The translations under genes were made by a program, and so were the position numbers. A DNA stretch of 37,443 nt from Squatina squatina (Eukaryota), in the NCBI GenBank assembly GCA_031763465.1, contig JARFOE010451567.1, positions 1 to 37,443 of the forward strand, written 5' to 3'. Positions within the stretch are counted from its first letter, which is position 1. Every line of letters starts with the position of its first letter. The notes under the pieces are model-generated. The model was not told where the DNA came from and made no database searches. It was given only the letters and a program-made list of their open reading frames with translations. This document shows, in pieces, positions 21,343 to 33,739 of this stretch.

Positions 21343-23360
21343 AACATCCTCCCTGCATCTAGTCTGTCGAGCCCTGTCGTAGTTATATACGTTGCCATGA
21401 GATCACCGCTCAATGTTTTAAGCTCTTGTAAATACAGGCCTTGTCGACCCAATCTCTCTGCATATAACAAAACTGCGATCCCAGGAATCAATCTGTTGAA
21501 AGTTTCCTGCACTCCCTCTATGGCTGGAACATACGTTCTTAGCTAAGGAGCCCAACGCTCCACAGAATATTCCAAGGGTGGTCTTACAAAGGCTCTGCAT
21601 ACTTGCACCAATACATCCTTCCACCTTTACTCAAATCCTCTTGCAATGAAGGCCAACATACCACTTGGCTTCCAGACTGCTTGCTGCATGTGCATGTTTG
21701 CTTTCAGTGACTGTTGTACAAGGGTTTCCAGATGCCTTTGTACATCAACATTTCCCAATCTATCACCATTTTTAAAAACATGCGGCAGTCTGTTATTTCT
21801 TTCCAAACTGGATGAATTCACATTTTTTTCAAATTGCATTCCATCGGTCATGCTCTTAGACACTCACTTACCTTGTTTAAATCTGCTTACAGTCTTTAGC
21901 ATCCCCTTACAACTCGTAATCCCACCTAGCATTGTGTCATCCGCGAATTTTGAAATATACATTTTGCAGTATAATGTGGATAAATATGAGCTTATCCACT
22001 TTGGTGACAAGAATAAGAAGGCAGATTATTAGCTGAATGGTGACAGATTAGGAATAGGGGAGGTGCAACGAGACCTGGGTGTCATTGTACATTGGTCGTG
22101 GAAAGTAGGCTTGCAGGTACAGCAGGCAGTGAAGAAAGCAAATGGCATGTTGGCATTCATAGCAAGAGGATTTGAGTATAGGAGGATGGTTCTCCTACTG
22201 CAGTTGGAGAGGGCCTTGGTGAGACCACACCTGGTGTATTGTGTGAAGTTTTGTTCTCTTAATCTGAAGAAGGTCATTCTTGCTATTGAGGGAGTGCAGC
22301 AAAAGTTCACCAGATTGATTCCCGTGATGGCAGGACTGACATATGAAGAAAGAATGGATCGACTGGGCTTATATTCACTGGAATTTAGAAAATGAGAGGT
22401 GATCTTAGAGAAACATGTAAAATTCTTAAGGGATTGGACAGGCTTGATGCAGGAAGAATCTTCCCGATGTTGGGGAAGTCCAGAACCAGGGCTCACAGTT
22501 TGAGAATAAAGGGGAAGCCATTTTCAAACGAGATGAGGAAAAACGTTTTCACCCAGTGAGTGGTGAACCTGTGGAATGCTCTACCACAGAAAGCTGTTGA
22601 GGCCAGTTTATTAGCTATATTCAAATAGAGTTAGATGTGGCCCTGAAGGCGCATGGGATCGGGGGGTATGGAGATAAAGCAGGTGCAGGGTACTGAGTTG
22701 CATGCTCAGCCATGATCATATTGAATGGCGGTGCAGGCTCGAAGGGCCGAATGGCCTACGTCTGCACTTTATTTCCTATGTTTCTATGTTTCTATGTCCC
22801 CTCGTCCAGATTGTTGATAGATTGTTTTTAACTGCGGCCCACCCGCCGCTCCCTGAGTTGCCCCTCTTGTCGAAGCCTGCCAATCTGAAAACAAAACAGT
22901 TTAAGTTTACTCTCTATTTTCTGTCTGTTAACCAATTCTCAATCGGTACCAGTATATTCCCCCCAATTCCATGCACTCTAACTTAGCTCAGCGAAGTCCT
23001 GTGTGTGACCTTATCGAAAGCTTTCTGAAAATCAAAATACGACATAGGCACTGTTTCCCCTATATTGACTCCACTAGTTATATCATCAAATAACTCCAAC
23101 AGATTTGTCATACATGATTTCCCTTTCCAAGTTCCATGTTGACTTTGTACAATCTTTATTATTTTCAAAGTGCGCTATTATCAAATTCTTTATGACAGAT
23201 TTTAGCCTTTTCCCTATTCTTGATGCCAGGATAATAGATCTGAAGATCTATTTTTCTCTCTCCCTCCTTTCCTCAATAGTGGTGTTACATTTCCTAATCT
23301 CCAATGTGCAGCAATCCTTCCAGAATCTATAGAATTTTGGAAGATGATAAACAATGCATC
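21342..23360 (-). mobile_element. CR1 LINE ORF2 (RT) fragment, split by a younger sense-strand CR1
   Basis: Antisense GKSCMTNLLELFDDITS...YFDFQKAFDKVTH, SKFADDT (about 21930-21955), GMLAFIARGFE and GLDRLDAGRMFP. Confidence 0.9.
21964..22796 (+). mobile_element. 5'-truncated CR1 LINE (ORF2 3' part, 3' UTR, (TTTCTATG)3 tail)
   Basis: QYNVDKYELIHFG.KNKKADY...QRDLGVIVH..KV..QVQQAVKKANGMLAFIARGFEY...LVRPHL.YCV...LGLYSLEFR, ending tttcctatgtttctatgtttctatg. Confidence 0.95.
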
Positions 23361-23394
23361 GGCAGTGTCGACAGCCAGCTCTTCCAAAAACTTG

Positions 23395-23629
23395 ATGGTG
23401 AACCAGCCAGAACAGTCAGTGACTGCATAAAGCAGGATAGCATGAACATTACAAACGGGGATGTGCTGTACGATGAATTCAAAGAGAAAGAAAGAAAATT
23501 AGCACACGGAGCAATCGCAATCTGTCACAATAATTGACTCACCACGGGCATGGTCAACAATTAGCGCTTGGCACATTTGGAGCGAAGACAATATCCCTGA
23601 GACAGGTCAAAATTATCATCTGGTTAATT
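23395..23629 (-). pseudogene. GPR139-like GPCR pseudogene, 5' part of main exon (TM1-TM3)
   Basis: Minus-strand acceptor catttctctttctcag| at 23630, then N...I..LSQGYC..SKC and VQHIPVCNVHAILLYAVTDCSGWFTI. The upstream intron is homologous to 11845-12265. Confidence 0.85.
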
Positions 23630-24029
23630 CTGAGAAAGAGAAATGAACAGTGAAATTATACATCACACTTAGGCGAAAAGTTATCAGTTTGACGGAACAC
23701 ACAGCCTGATTTGCAAAAATCTTACTGTATCCAGTGATGTATTGAAATGATCATTCCTGGAATGTACTTGGATATTGCGACAAGAATGACTGTTCATCCT
23801 GTGATCGGTTTATCTGTTGGAAACAGGGATTACATTCAATGAATTCAACCATTAAATGTGAAATAATATTTTCGAGGAATTACTCATGAGGAATAGCACT
23901 TGAGATGAGATCAGTTAACGGTCGCAGTTATTTCATGGTCCAGTGTCAAGAGCTATTAGTTGCAGCAAATAATAACGTTCACAATAGCTAAACATCCCTA
24001 GGGAGAAGTAGAGCTGAGCTCAGTGAGTC

Positions 24030-24290
24030 TGGCTCAGTGTGTGGGGGAGATCATCCCAGATTCATGATCCTGATAATCACCGAATGATTCTGGTTTAATG
24101 TGGGGGGATTAAACCAGTTTCCTGCTCCCCATCATTGTACAGTGAAACTGGGTTAGTGAGGGGGAATATGCCCAAGTTCATGCAGCTGATCATTCCCCAC
24201 TTACAATGGGTTGGTGAGGGGGAATGTGCCCAAGTTCCTGACCATTATCCAAAGATCATGGGTTAAAGTGGGAGGAACCATCTCCAACAT
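24030..24290 (+). repeat. About five diverged ~55-60-bp tandem repeats
   Basis: GGTT(A/G)GTG(A/T)GGGGGAA..(T/G)CCCAAGTTC(A/C)TG..ATCAT units starting at about 24031, 24092, 24151, 24209 and 24261. Confidence 0.7.
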
Positions 24291-25030
24291 GAGCACCACT
24301 GTGTCGCAGGCAATGGTGACTATAGGCTTCTCCATGGATAGGGTGCGACCTACATGGAGCAGCTAATCTGTCACTCACTGGAACAAATGCTCTCTATAGA
24401 GGATAGATGGCAGAGCCGCACAGATCTCCTGTCTGGGAGGGATGTCATCATAGATCTGGGTCCTCACTAATGTGCAGCAGGGTGCCCTCCAGCTCCTTGG
24501 CAGCAGGGAAGTAAGCAGGCTGCCTCTACCTCTGCTGAAGCCGTAGGGGTAGCACTTCGTAGAAGCACGTGGAAGAGAAAGATCCCACACAAGTAAATTC
24601 TCAGGGGTAGTCAATGTTTATGTAAAGTTTCTGTTAATGTGGTGTCAAAAATAAAATCTTTATTTTCAACACTTTCCGGTTTTGGACAGATTTTTGTGCA
24701 CACTTGGAAGTGGCTTCGTGAGTTGCAGTGAATATTGAGACATAATGTTACTTCCAGCAATGATGGTGAGTGTGAAAGGAACGGTTTGGTCATTGGAGGG
24801 TTGCTTTATGATGTTGCTGTGGGGTGGTGCCAACCTGTTGCATCATGTTACAGCCACATGGGGATAATCTTTCAAGTGAAATAAATCTGGCCATGATGAG
24901 TCCATTCCTGGCCTCCCAGGCAGCAATGTGCTTGGGTGCTGATGCCCTCTATCCTGTGCAGCATCAGGTGATTGTTGTTGATACTGCTGGTGTTGGGGCT
25001 TATTGTGGTACGATTCTGAGGAGGAAAGTC
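24290..25030. mobile_element. Probable PIF/Harbinger transposon central fragment (convergent ORF ends)
   Basis: Plus strand gives SMDRV-TYMEQL...KQAASTSAEAVGVALRRSTWKRKIPHK* (stop 24594-24596). Minus strand gives HIAAWEARNGLIMARF at about 24930-24885, like the HARBI1-type transposase end AAR..R..LI..RF. An AT-rich spacer lies between them. Confidence 0.45.
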
Positions 25031-25034
25031 ACCA

Positions 25035-28000
25035 AACAGAAACCATGAGCTGGGTTGTAGAATGGACCAGTGAGCAGCGAGCATGGACAGTATACATCCA
25101 GAAACCATGAGCTGGGTCGGATAATTGACCAGTGAGCAGGGACTGAGGTCAATATCCAACCAGAAACATGAGCTGCGTTAGAGAATGGACCAGTTAGCAG
25201 GGAGTGTGAACAGTATCCTCCCAGAAACCATGAGCACGGTTTGAGAATGCACCATTGAGCAGTGTATGTGGACAGGATCCACGCAGAAACAATCAGCTGG
25301 GTTGGAGAATGAAGCAGTGAGCAGCGAGTGTGTACAATATCCACCCAGAAATAATGAGCTGGGTTGGAGAAAGGGCCAGTGAGCAGGGATTGTAAACAGC
25401 ATCATCCCAGAAAGCATGAGCTGGGTTGGAGGATGGACCAGTGAGCAGCGAGTGTGGACAGTATTCACCCAAAAACAATGAGCGGGGTTGGAGAATGGTC
25501 AAGTGAGCAGCGAGTGAGGACAGTATTCACCCAGAAACAATGAGCTAGGTTGGAGAATGGAGCAGTTAATCGTAAGGTTGGACAGTATCCACCAAGAAAG
25601 CAAGAAAAAGGTTGGAACATTTACCAGTTAGAAGTGACTGTGGACAGTATCAATCCAGAAATGATGAGCTGGTTTGGAGAATGGAGCAGTGAGCAGCGAG
25701 TGTGGACAGTATCCACCCAGAAACCATGAGCTGTGTTGGAGAATGGACCTGTGAGCAGCGAGTGTGGACAGTATCCACCGAGAAACCAAGAGCTGGGTTG
25801 GAGAATGGACGAGTGAGCAGCGTGTACGGAAGTTATCCACCCAGAAACAATGAGCTGGGTTGGGGAATGGACCAGTAAGCAGCGAGCATGGACGATATCC
25901 ACCCAGAAACCATGAGCTGGGTTGGAGAATGGACCAGTGAGCAGGGAGTGTAGACAGTATCCTCCCAGAAAACATGAGCTGGGTTGGAGAATGGATCAGT
26001 GCGCTCTGAGTGTGGAAAGTATCCACCCAGAAACCATGAGATGGGCTGGGGAATGGACCAGTGAGCAGGAGGTGTGGATAGTGTCCAACCAGAAACCATG
26101 AGCTGGGTTGGAGAATGGAGCAGAGAGTCGGGAGTGTGGAAAATATCCAGACAGAAACCAGGAGCTGGTTTGGAGAATGGAGCGCAGAGTCGGGATTGTG
26201 GACATTATCCACCCAGAAACAATGAGCTGGGATGTAGAATGGACCAGTGAGCAGCGAGTGCTGACAGCATCCACACAGACACCATGAGCTGGGTTGGAGA
26301 AAGGACCAGTTAGTCGTAAGTGTGGACAGTATCCACCCAGAAGGCAAGAAAAGGGTTGGAGAATGGATCAGTTTGTCGGGAGTGTGGACAGTATCAACCC
26401 AGAAGCGATGAGCTGGGTTGGAGAATGGACCAGTGAGCAGCGAGTGTGGACAGTAACCAACCAGACACCATGAGCTGGGTTGTAGAATGGACCAGTGAGC
26501 AGGGACTGAGGTGAATATCCTACCAGAAACATGAGCTGCGTTGGAGAACGGACCAGTGAGCAGGGAGTGTGAACAGTATCCTCCCAGAAGCGATGAACAG
26601 GTTTTGAGAATGCACCATTGAGCAGTGTATGTGGACAGGATCCACCCAGAAACCATGAGCTGGGTTGGAGAATGAACCAGTGAGCAGCGAGTGTGGACAG
26701 TATCCACCAGAAACAATGTGCTGGGTTGGAGAATGGAACAGTGAGCAGCGAGTGTTGACAGCATCCACCCAGAAACAATGAGATCGTTGGGAGAAAGGGC
26801 CAGTGAGCAGGGATTGTAAACAGTATCCTCCCAGAAACCATGAGCTGGGTTGGAGAATGGAGCAGTTACTCGTAAGTTTGGATAGCATCCACCAAGAAAG
26901 CAAGAAAAAGGTTGGAACATCTACCAGTTAGAAGTCACTGTGGACAGTATCAATCCAGAAATGATGAGCTGGTTTGGAGAATGGACCAGTGAGCAGCGAG
27001 TGTGGAAAGTATCCACCTAGAAACCATGAGCTGTGTTGGAGAATGGACCTGTGAGCAGCGAGTGTGGACAGTATGCACCCAGAAACCATGAGCTGTGTTG
27101 GAGAATGGACCAGTGAGCACGGTGTGTGGACAGTATCCAACCAGAAACCATGAGCTCGGTTAGAGAATGGAACAGTGAGCAGGGACAGAGGTCAGTATCC
27201 TACCAGAAACATGAGCTGGGTTGGAGAATGGACCAGTGAGCAGGGAGTGTGGACAGTATCCTCCCAGAAACCATGAGCTGGGTTGGAGTTTGGACCAGTG
27301 AGCAGGGAGTGTGGACAGTGCCCACCCAGAAACCATGAGCTGGTTCCGAGAATGGGCCAGTGACCAGCGACGGAGGACAGTATCCACCCAGAAACAATGA
27401 GCTGTGTTGGAGAATGGAGCAGTTAGTCGTGAGTGTGGATGGTATCCACCCAGAAACCATGAGCTGTGTTGGAGAATGGACCAGTGAGCAGGGAATGTGA
27501 ACAGTATCCACCCAGAAACCATGAGCAGCGTTTGAGAATGCATCATTGAGCAGTGTCTGTGGACAGGATACACCCAGAAACAATCAGCTGGGTTGGAGAA
27601 TGAACCAGTGAGCAGCGAGTGTGGATAATATCCACCCAGAAACAATGAGCTGGGTTGGAGAAAGGGCCAGTGAGCAAGGATTGTAAACAGCATCATCCCA
27701 GAAACCATGAGCTGGGTTGGACAATGGACCAGTGAGCAGCGAGTGTGGACAGTGTCCACCCAGAAACAATGAGCTGGGTTGGAGAAAGGGCCAGTGAGCA
27801 GGGATTGTAAATAGTATCATCCCAGAAACCATGAGCTGGGTTGGAGTTTGGAGCAGTGAGCAGGGAGTGTGGACAGTGTCCACCCAGAAACCATGAGATA
27901 GTTTCTACAATGGGCCATTGAGCAGCGACTGAGGACAGTATCCATCCAGAAACCATGAACTGTGTTTGAGAATGGAGCAGTTAGTCGGGAGTGTGGAGAG

Positions 28001-31000
28001 TATCCAGCCAGAAACCATGAGCTGTGTTGGAGAATGGAGCAGTTAGTCGTGAATGTGGACAGTATCCACCCAGAAACCATGAGCTGTGTTGGAGTATGGA
28101 CCAGTGAGCAGGCAGTGTGGACAGGGTCCACCCAGAAACCATAAGCTGGTTTGGAGAATGGACCAGTGAGCAGCGTGTTTCGAAAGTATCCACCCGGAAT
28201 CCATGACCTGGGTTGGAGAATGGTCCAGTGATCAGGGAGTGTGGAAAGTGTCCACCCAGAAGCCAGAAGCTGGTTTGGAGTATGGGCCAATGAGCAGCGA
28301 CTGAGGAGATTATCGACCGAGAAACCATGAGCTGGGTTGGAGAATGGACCAGTGAGCAGCGAGTGTGGACAGTATCCACCCAGAAACAATGAGTTGGGTT
28401 GGAGAAAGGGCCAGTGAGCAGGGATTGTAAATAGTATCATTCCAGAAACCATGAGCTGGTTTGGAGAATGGACAATTGAGCAGCGAGTGCTGACAGTATG
28501 CGCCAAGAAACTCATGAGCTCGGTTGGAGAATGGAGCAGTTAGTCGTAAGTTTGGATATTATCCACCAAGAATGCAAGAAAAAGGTTGGAACTTCCACCA
28601 GTTAGAAGTGACAGTGTACAGTATCAATCCAGAGATGATGACTAGTTTAGAGAATGGACCAGTGAGCAGCGAGTGTGGACAGTATCGACCCAGAACCAAT
28701 GAGACTGGTTTGGAGAAAGGGCCAGTGAGCAGGGATTGTAACCAGTTTCATTCCAGAAACCAAGAGCTGGGTTGGAGAATGGAAAATGAGCAGCGAGTGC
28801 TGACAGTATTCCCCCAGAAACCATGAGCTGGGTTGGAGAAGGAAAAAGTTAGTCTTAAGTGTGGACAGTATCCACCAAAAAAGCAAGAAAATGGTTGGAA
28901 AATATACCAGTTAGACGGGAGTGTGGACAGCATCAATTCAGAAAAGATGAGCTGGGTTGGAGAATGGACCAGTGGGCAGCGAGTGTGGACAGTATCCAAC
29001 AAGAAACCATGAGCTGCGTTGGAGAATGCACCAGTGAGCAGCGAGTATGGAATGTATCCACCCAGAAACAATGAGCTGGGTTGGAGAATGGACCAATGAG
29101 CAGCGAGCGTGGGCAGTATCCAGCGAGAACCCATGAGCTGGGTTGGAGAATGGAACAGTGAGCAGGGACAGAGGTCAGTATCCTACCAGAAACATGAGCT
29201 GGCTTGGAGAACAGACCAGTTAGCAAGGAGCGTGGACAGTATCTTCCCAGAAACCATGAGCTGGGTTGGAGTTTGGACCAGACAGCAGGGAGTGTGGACA
29301 GTGTCCACCCGAAACCATGAGCTAGTTTCTACAATGGGTCATTGAGCAGCGACTGAGGACAGTATCCATCCAGAAACCATGAACTGTGTTTGAGAATGGA
29401 GCAGTTAGTCGGGAGTGTGGAGAGTATCCAGCCAGAAACCATGAGCTGTGTTGGAGAATGGAGCAGTTAGTCGTGAATGTGGACAGTATCCACCCAGAAA
29501 CCATGAGCTGTGTTGGAGTATGGACCAGTGAGCAGGCAGTGTGGACAGGGTCCACCCAGAAACCATAAGCTGGTTTGGAGAATGGACCAGTGAGCAGCGT
29601 GTTTCGAAAGTATCCACCCGGAATCCATGACCTGGGTTGGAGAATGGTCCAGTGATCAGGGAGTGTGGAAAGTGTCCACCCAGAAGCCAGAAGCTGGTTT
29701 GGAGTATGGGCCAATGAGCAGCGACTGAGGAGATTATCGACCGAGAAACCATGAGCTGGGTTGGAAAATGAACCAGTGAGCAGCGAGTGTGGACAGTATC
29801 CACCCAGAAACAATGAGCTGGGTTGGACAAAGGGCCAGTGAGCAGGAATTATCGACAGTATCATCCCAGAAACCATGAGCTGTTTTGGAGAATGGAAATT
29901 GAGCAGCGAGTGCTGACAGTGTTCACCCAGAAAGAATGAGCTGGATTGGAGAATGGAGCAATTAGTCATAAGTGTGGACAGTATCCACCAAGAAAGCAAG
30001 AAAAAGGTTGGAAAATATACCAATTAGATGTGAGTGTGGACAGTATCAATCCAGTAACAATGAGCATGGTTTGGAGAATGGAGCAGTTAGTCGGGTGTGT
30101 GGACAGTATCCACCCAGAAACCATGAGCTGGGTTGGAGAAAGAACAGTGATCAGGACTGAGGTCAGTATCCTACCATAAACATGAGCTGGGTTGTAGAAT
30201 GGAGCAGTGAGCAGGGAGTGTGGACAGTATACTCTCAGAAACCATGAGCTTGGTTGGAGTATAGACCAGTGAGCAGAGAGTGTGGACCGTGTCCACCCAG
30301 AAACGATGAGCTGGGTTCAAGAATGGGCCAGTGAGCAGCGACTGAGGACATAAGCCACCCAGAAACCATGAACTGGGTTGGAGAATGCAGCTGTTAGTCG
30401 GGTGTGTGGACAGTATCCACCCAGAAACCATGAGCTGGGTTGGAGTATGGACGAGTGAGCAGGGAGCGTGGACCGTGTGCACCCAGAAACCATGAGCTGT
30501 GTTGGAGAAAGGACCAGTGGGCAGCGGGTGTGGACAGTATCCAACTAGAAACCAAGAGCTGGGTTGGAGAATGAACCAGTGAGCAGCGAGTATGGAAGGT
30601 ATCCAGCCAGAAATAATGAGCTGGGGTGGAGAATGGACCAGTGAGCAGCGAGCGTAGACTGTATCCACCCAGAAACCATGAGCTGGGTTCGAAAATGGAA
30701 CAGTGAGCAGGGACTGAGGTCAGTATCCTACCAGAAACATGAGCTGGGTTGGAGAACGGACCAGTGAGCAGGGAGTGTGGACAGTATCTTCCCAGAAACC
30801 ATGTACTGGGTTGGAGTATGGACCAGTGAGCAGGGAGTATGGACAGTGTCCACCGAGAAACCATGAGCTGGTTTCTAGAATGGGCCAGTGAGCAGCGACT
30901 GAGGACAGTATCCACCCAGAAACCATGAGCTGTGTTGGAGAATGGAAAAGTGAGCAGCGATTGCTGACAGTATTCACCCCGAAACCATGAGCTGGGTTGG

Positions 31001-33603
31001 AGCCTGCAGCAGTTAGTCATATGTTTGGACAGTCTCCACCAAAAAGAAAGAAAAAGGTTGGAAAATATCCAGTTAGAAGTGAGTGTGGACAGTATCAATC
31101 CAGAAACGATGAGCTGGGTTGGAGAAGGGACCAGTGAGCAGCGAGTGTGGACAGTATCCACCCAGAAAACATGAGCTGGGTTGGAGAATGGAACAGTGAT
31201 CAGGGACTGAGGTCAGTATCCTACCAGAAACATGAGCTGGGTTGGAGTCTGGAGCAGTGAGCAGGGAGTGTGGAAAGTGTCCACCCAGAAACCATGAGCT
31301 GGTTTCGAGAATGGGCCAGTGAGCAGCGACTGAGGACATTATACACCCATAATCCATGAACTGGGTTGGAGAATGGAGCAGTTAGTCGGGGGTGTGGACA
31401 GTATCCACCCAGAAACCATGAGCTTGGTGGGATTCTGGACCAGTGAGTAGGGAGTGTGGACAGTGTCCTACCAGAAACCATGAGCTGGTTTCGAGAATGG
31501 GCCAGTGAGCAGCGACTGAGGACATTATACACCCAGAAACCATGAACTGGGTTGGAGAATGGTGCAGTTAGTCAGGGCTGTGGACAGCATCCACCCAGAT
31601 ACCATGAGCTAGGTTTGAGAATGCACCAGTGAGCAGTGTATATGAACAGAGTCCACCCAGAAACAATCAGCTGGGTTGGAGAATGAACAAGTGAGAAGCG
31701 AGTGTGGACAGTATCCACCCAGAAACAATGAGCTGAGTTGGAGAATGGGCCAGTGAGAAAGGATTGAAAACAGTATCATCCCAGAAACCATGAGCTGGGT
31801 TGGAGATTGGACCAGTGAGCAGCGAGTGTGGAGTGTATCCACCCAGAAACAATAAGCTGGGTTGGAGAAAGGGCCAGTGAGCAGGGATTGTAAGCAGTAT
31901 CATCCCAGAAACCATAAGCTGGTTTGGAGAATGGACAAGTGAGCAGCGAGTGCTGACAGTAGCCACCCAGAAACCATGAGCTGGGTTGGAGAATGGAGCA
32001 GTTAGTCGTCGGTGTGAACAATATCCACCAAGAAAGCAATAAAAAGGTTGGAAAATATACCAGTTAGAAGGGAGTGTGGAATGTTTCAATTCAGAAACGA
32101 TGAGCTGTGTTGGAGAATGGCCCAGTGCGCAGCGAGTGTGGACAGTATCCAACTAGAAACCAAGAGCTGGGTTGGAGAATGGACCATTGAGCAGCGAGTA
32201 TGGTAGTTATCCACCCAGAAACAATGAGCTGGGTTGGAGAATGGACCAGTAAGCAGCGAGCGTGGAGAGTATCCACCCAGAAACATGAGCTGGGTTGGTG
32301 AATGGACCAGTTAGCAGGGAGTGTGGACAGTATCCTCCCAGAAACCATGAGCTGGGTTGGAGACTGGAGCAGTTATTCGTATGTTTGGACTGTATCCACC
32401 AAGAAAGCAAGAAAAAGGTTGGAAAATATACCAGTTAGACGTGAGTGTGGACAGTATCAATCCAGAAACGATTAGCTGGGTTGGAGAATGGACCAGTGAG
32501 CAGCGAGTTTGGACAGTATCCACCCAGAATCCATGAGCTTGGTTGGTTAATGCACCAGTGAGCAGCGAGCGTGGACAGTATCCACCCAGAAACCATGAGC
32601 TGGGTTGGAGAATGGAACAGTGATCAGGGAGTAAGGTCAGTATCCTACCAGAAACATGAGCTGGGTTGGAGAATGGACCAGAGAGCAGGGAGTGTGGACA
32701 ACATATTCCCAGAAATCATGAGCTGGGTTGGAGTATGGACCAGTGAGCAGGGAGTGTGGACCGTGTGCACCCAGAAACCATGAGCTGGTTTCGAGAATGT
32801 GCCAATGAGCAGCGACTGAGGACAGTATGCACCCAGAAACCATGAACTGGGTTGGAGAATGGAGCAGGTAGTCGGGTGTGTGGACAGTATCAAGCCAGAA
32901 ACCATGAGTTTGGTTGGCGTATGGACCAGTGAGCAGGGAGTGTGGAAAGTGTCCACCCAGAAACCATGAGCTGGATTCGAGATTGGGCCAGTGAGCAGCG
33001 ACTGAGGACAGTATCCACCCAGAAACCATGAACTGGGTTGGAGAATGGAGCAGTTAGACGGGTGTGTGGATAGCATCCAGCCAGAAACCATGAGCTGGGT
33101 TGGAGAATGGAGCAGTTAGTTGTGAGTGTGGACAGTATCCACCCAGAAAGCAAAAAAACGTTTGGAGAATGGACCAGTGAGCAGGGAATGTGGACAGTAT
33201 CCTCCGAGAAACCATGGGCTGGGTTGGATAATGGACCAGTGAGCAGCGAGTGTGGACAGTATCCACCCAGAAACCATGAGCTGGGTTGGAGAATGGAACA
33301 GTGAGCAGGGACTGAGGTCAATATTCTACCAGAAATATGAGCTGCGTTGGAGAATGCACCAGTCGACAGGGAGTGTGGACAGTATCCTCCCAGAAACCAT
33401 GAGCTAGGTTTGAGAATGCACCAGTGAGCAGTGTATATGGACTGTATCCACCCAGAAACAATCAGCTGAGTTGGAGAATGAACTAGTGAGAAGCGAGTGT
33501 GGACAATATCCATCCAGAAACAATGAGCTGAGTTGGAGAAAGGGCCAGTGAGAAAGGATTAGTAACAGTATCATCCCAGAAACCATGAGCTGGGTTGGAG
33601 AAT
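25035..33603 (+). repeat. 62-bp satellite array, about 138 monomers, with higher-order structure
   Basis: Consensus CAGAAACCATGAGCTGGGTTGGAGAATGGACCAGTGAGCAGCGAGTGTGGACAGTATCCACC. CAGAAAC recurs at 25037, 25099 and 25161. Confidence 0.98.
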
Positions 33604-33720
33604 GCAGGAACAGGGTACTGAATTCCGATGATCAGCCATGATCATATTGAATGGGTGAGCAGGCTCAAAGTGCCAAATGGCCGATACCTGCTCCTATTTT
33701 CGATGTTTCTATGTTTCTAT
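33597..33720 (+). mobile_element. CR1 3' UTR and tail fragment
   Basis: gcaggaacagggtactga...tcagccatgatcatattgaatgg...ggcc...ctgctcctatttt..atgtttctatgtttctat, the same family as 22680-22796. Confidence 0.9.
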
Positions 33721-33739
33721 CCGATGTAGTAGGGATCAC

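Noticed and set aside
25628-26920. 430-aa ORF and the other long minus-strand ORFs in 25000-33600
   Set aside because: They are translations of the 62-bp satellite. The period is not a multiple of 3 and all three frames are open.
25035-33603. RSS-like (CCAGTG...CAGAAACC) or CRISPR-like array
   Set aside because: The heptamer lacks the essential CAC and the spacing is about 25 nt. The whole monomer repeats with no unique spacers, there are no cas genes, and the context is vertebrate.
25035-33603. Satellite-encoded hammerhead ribozyme (GAAAC present)
   Set aside because: There is no CTGANGA core in the consensus of either satellite.
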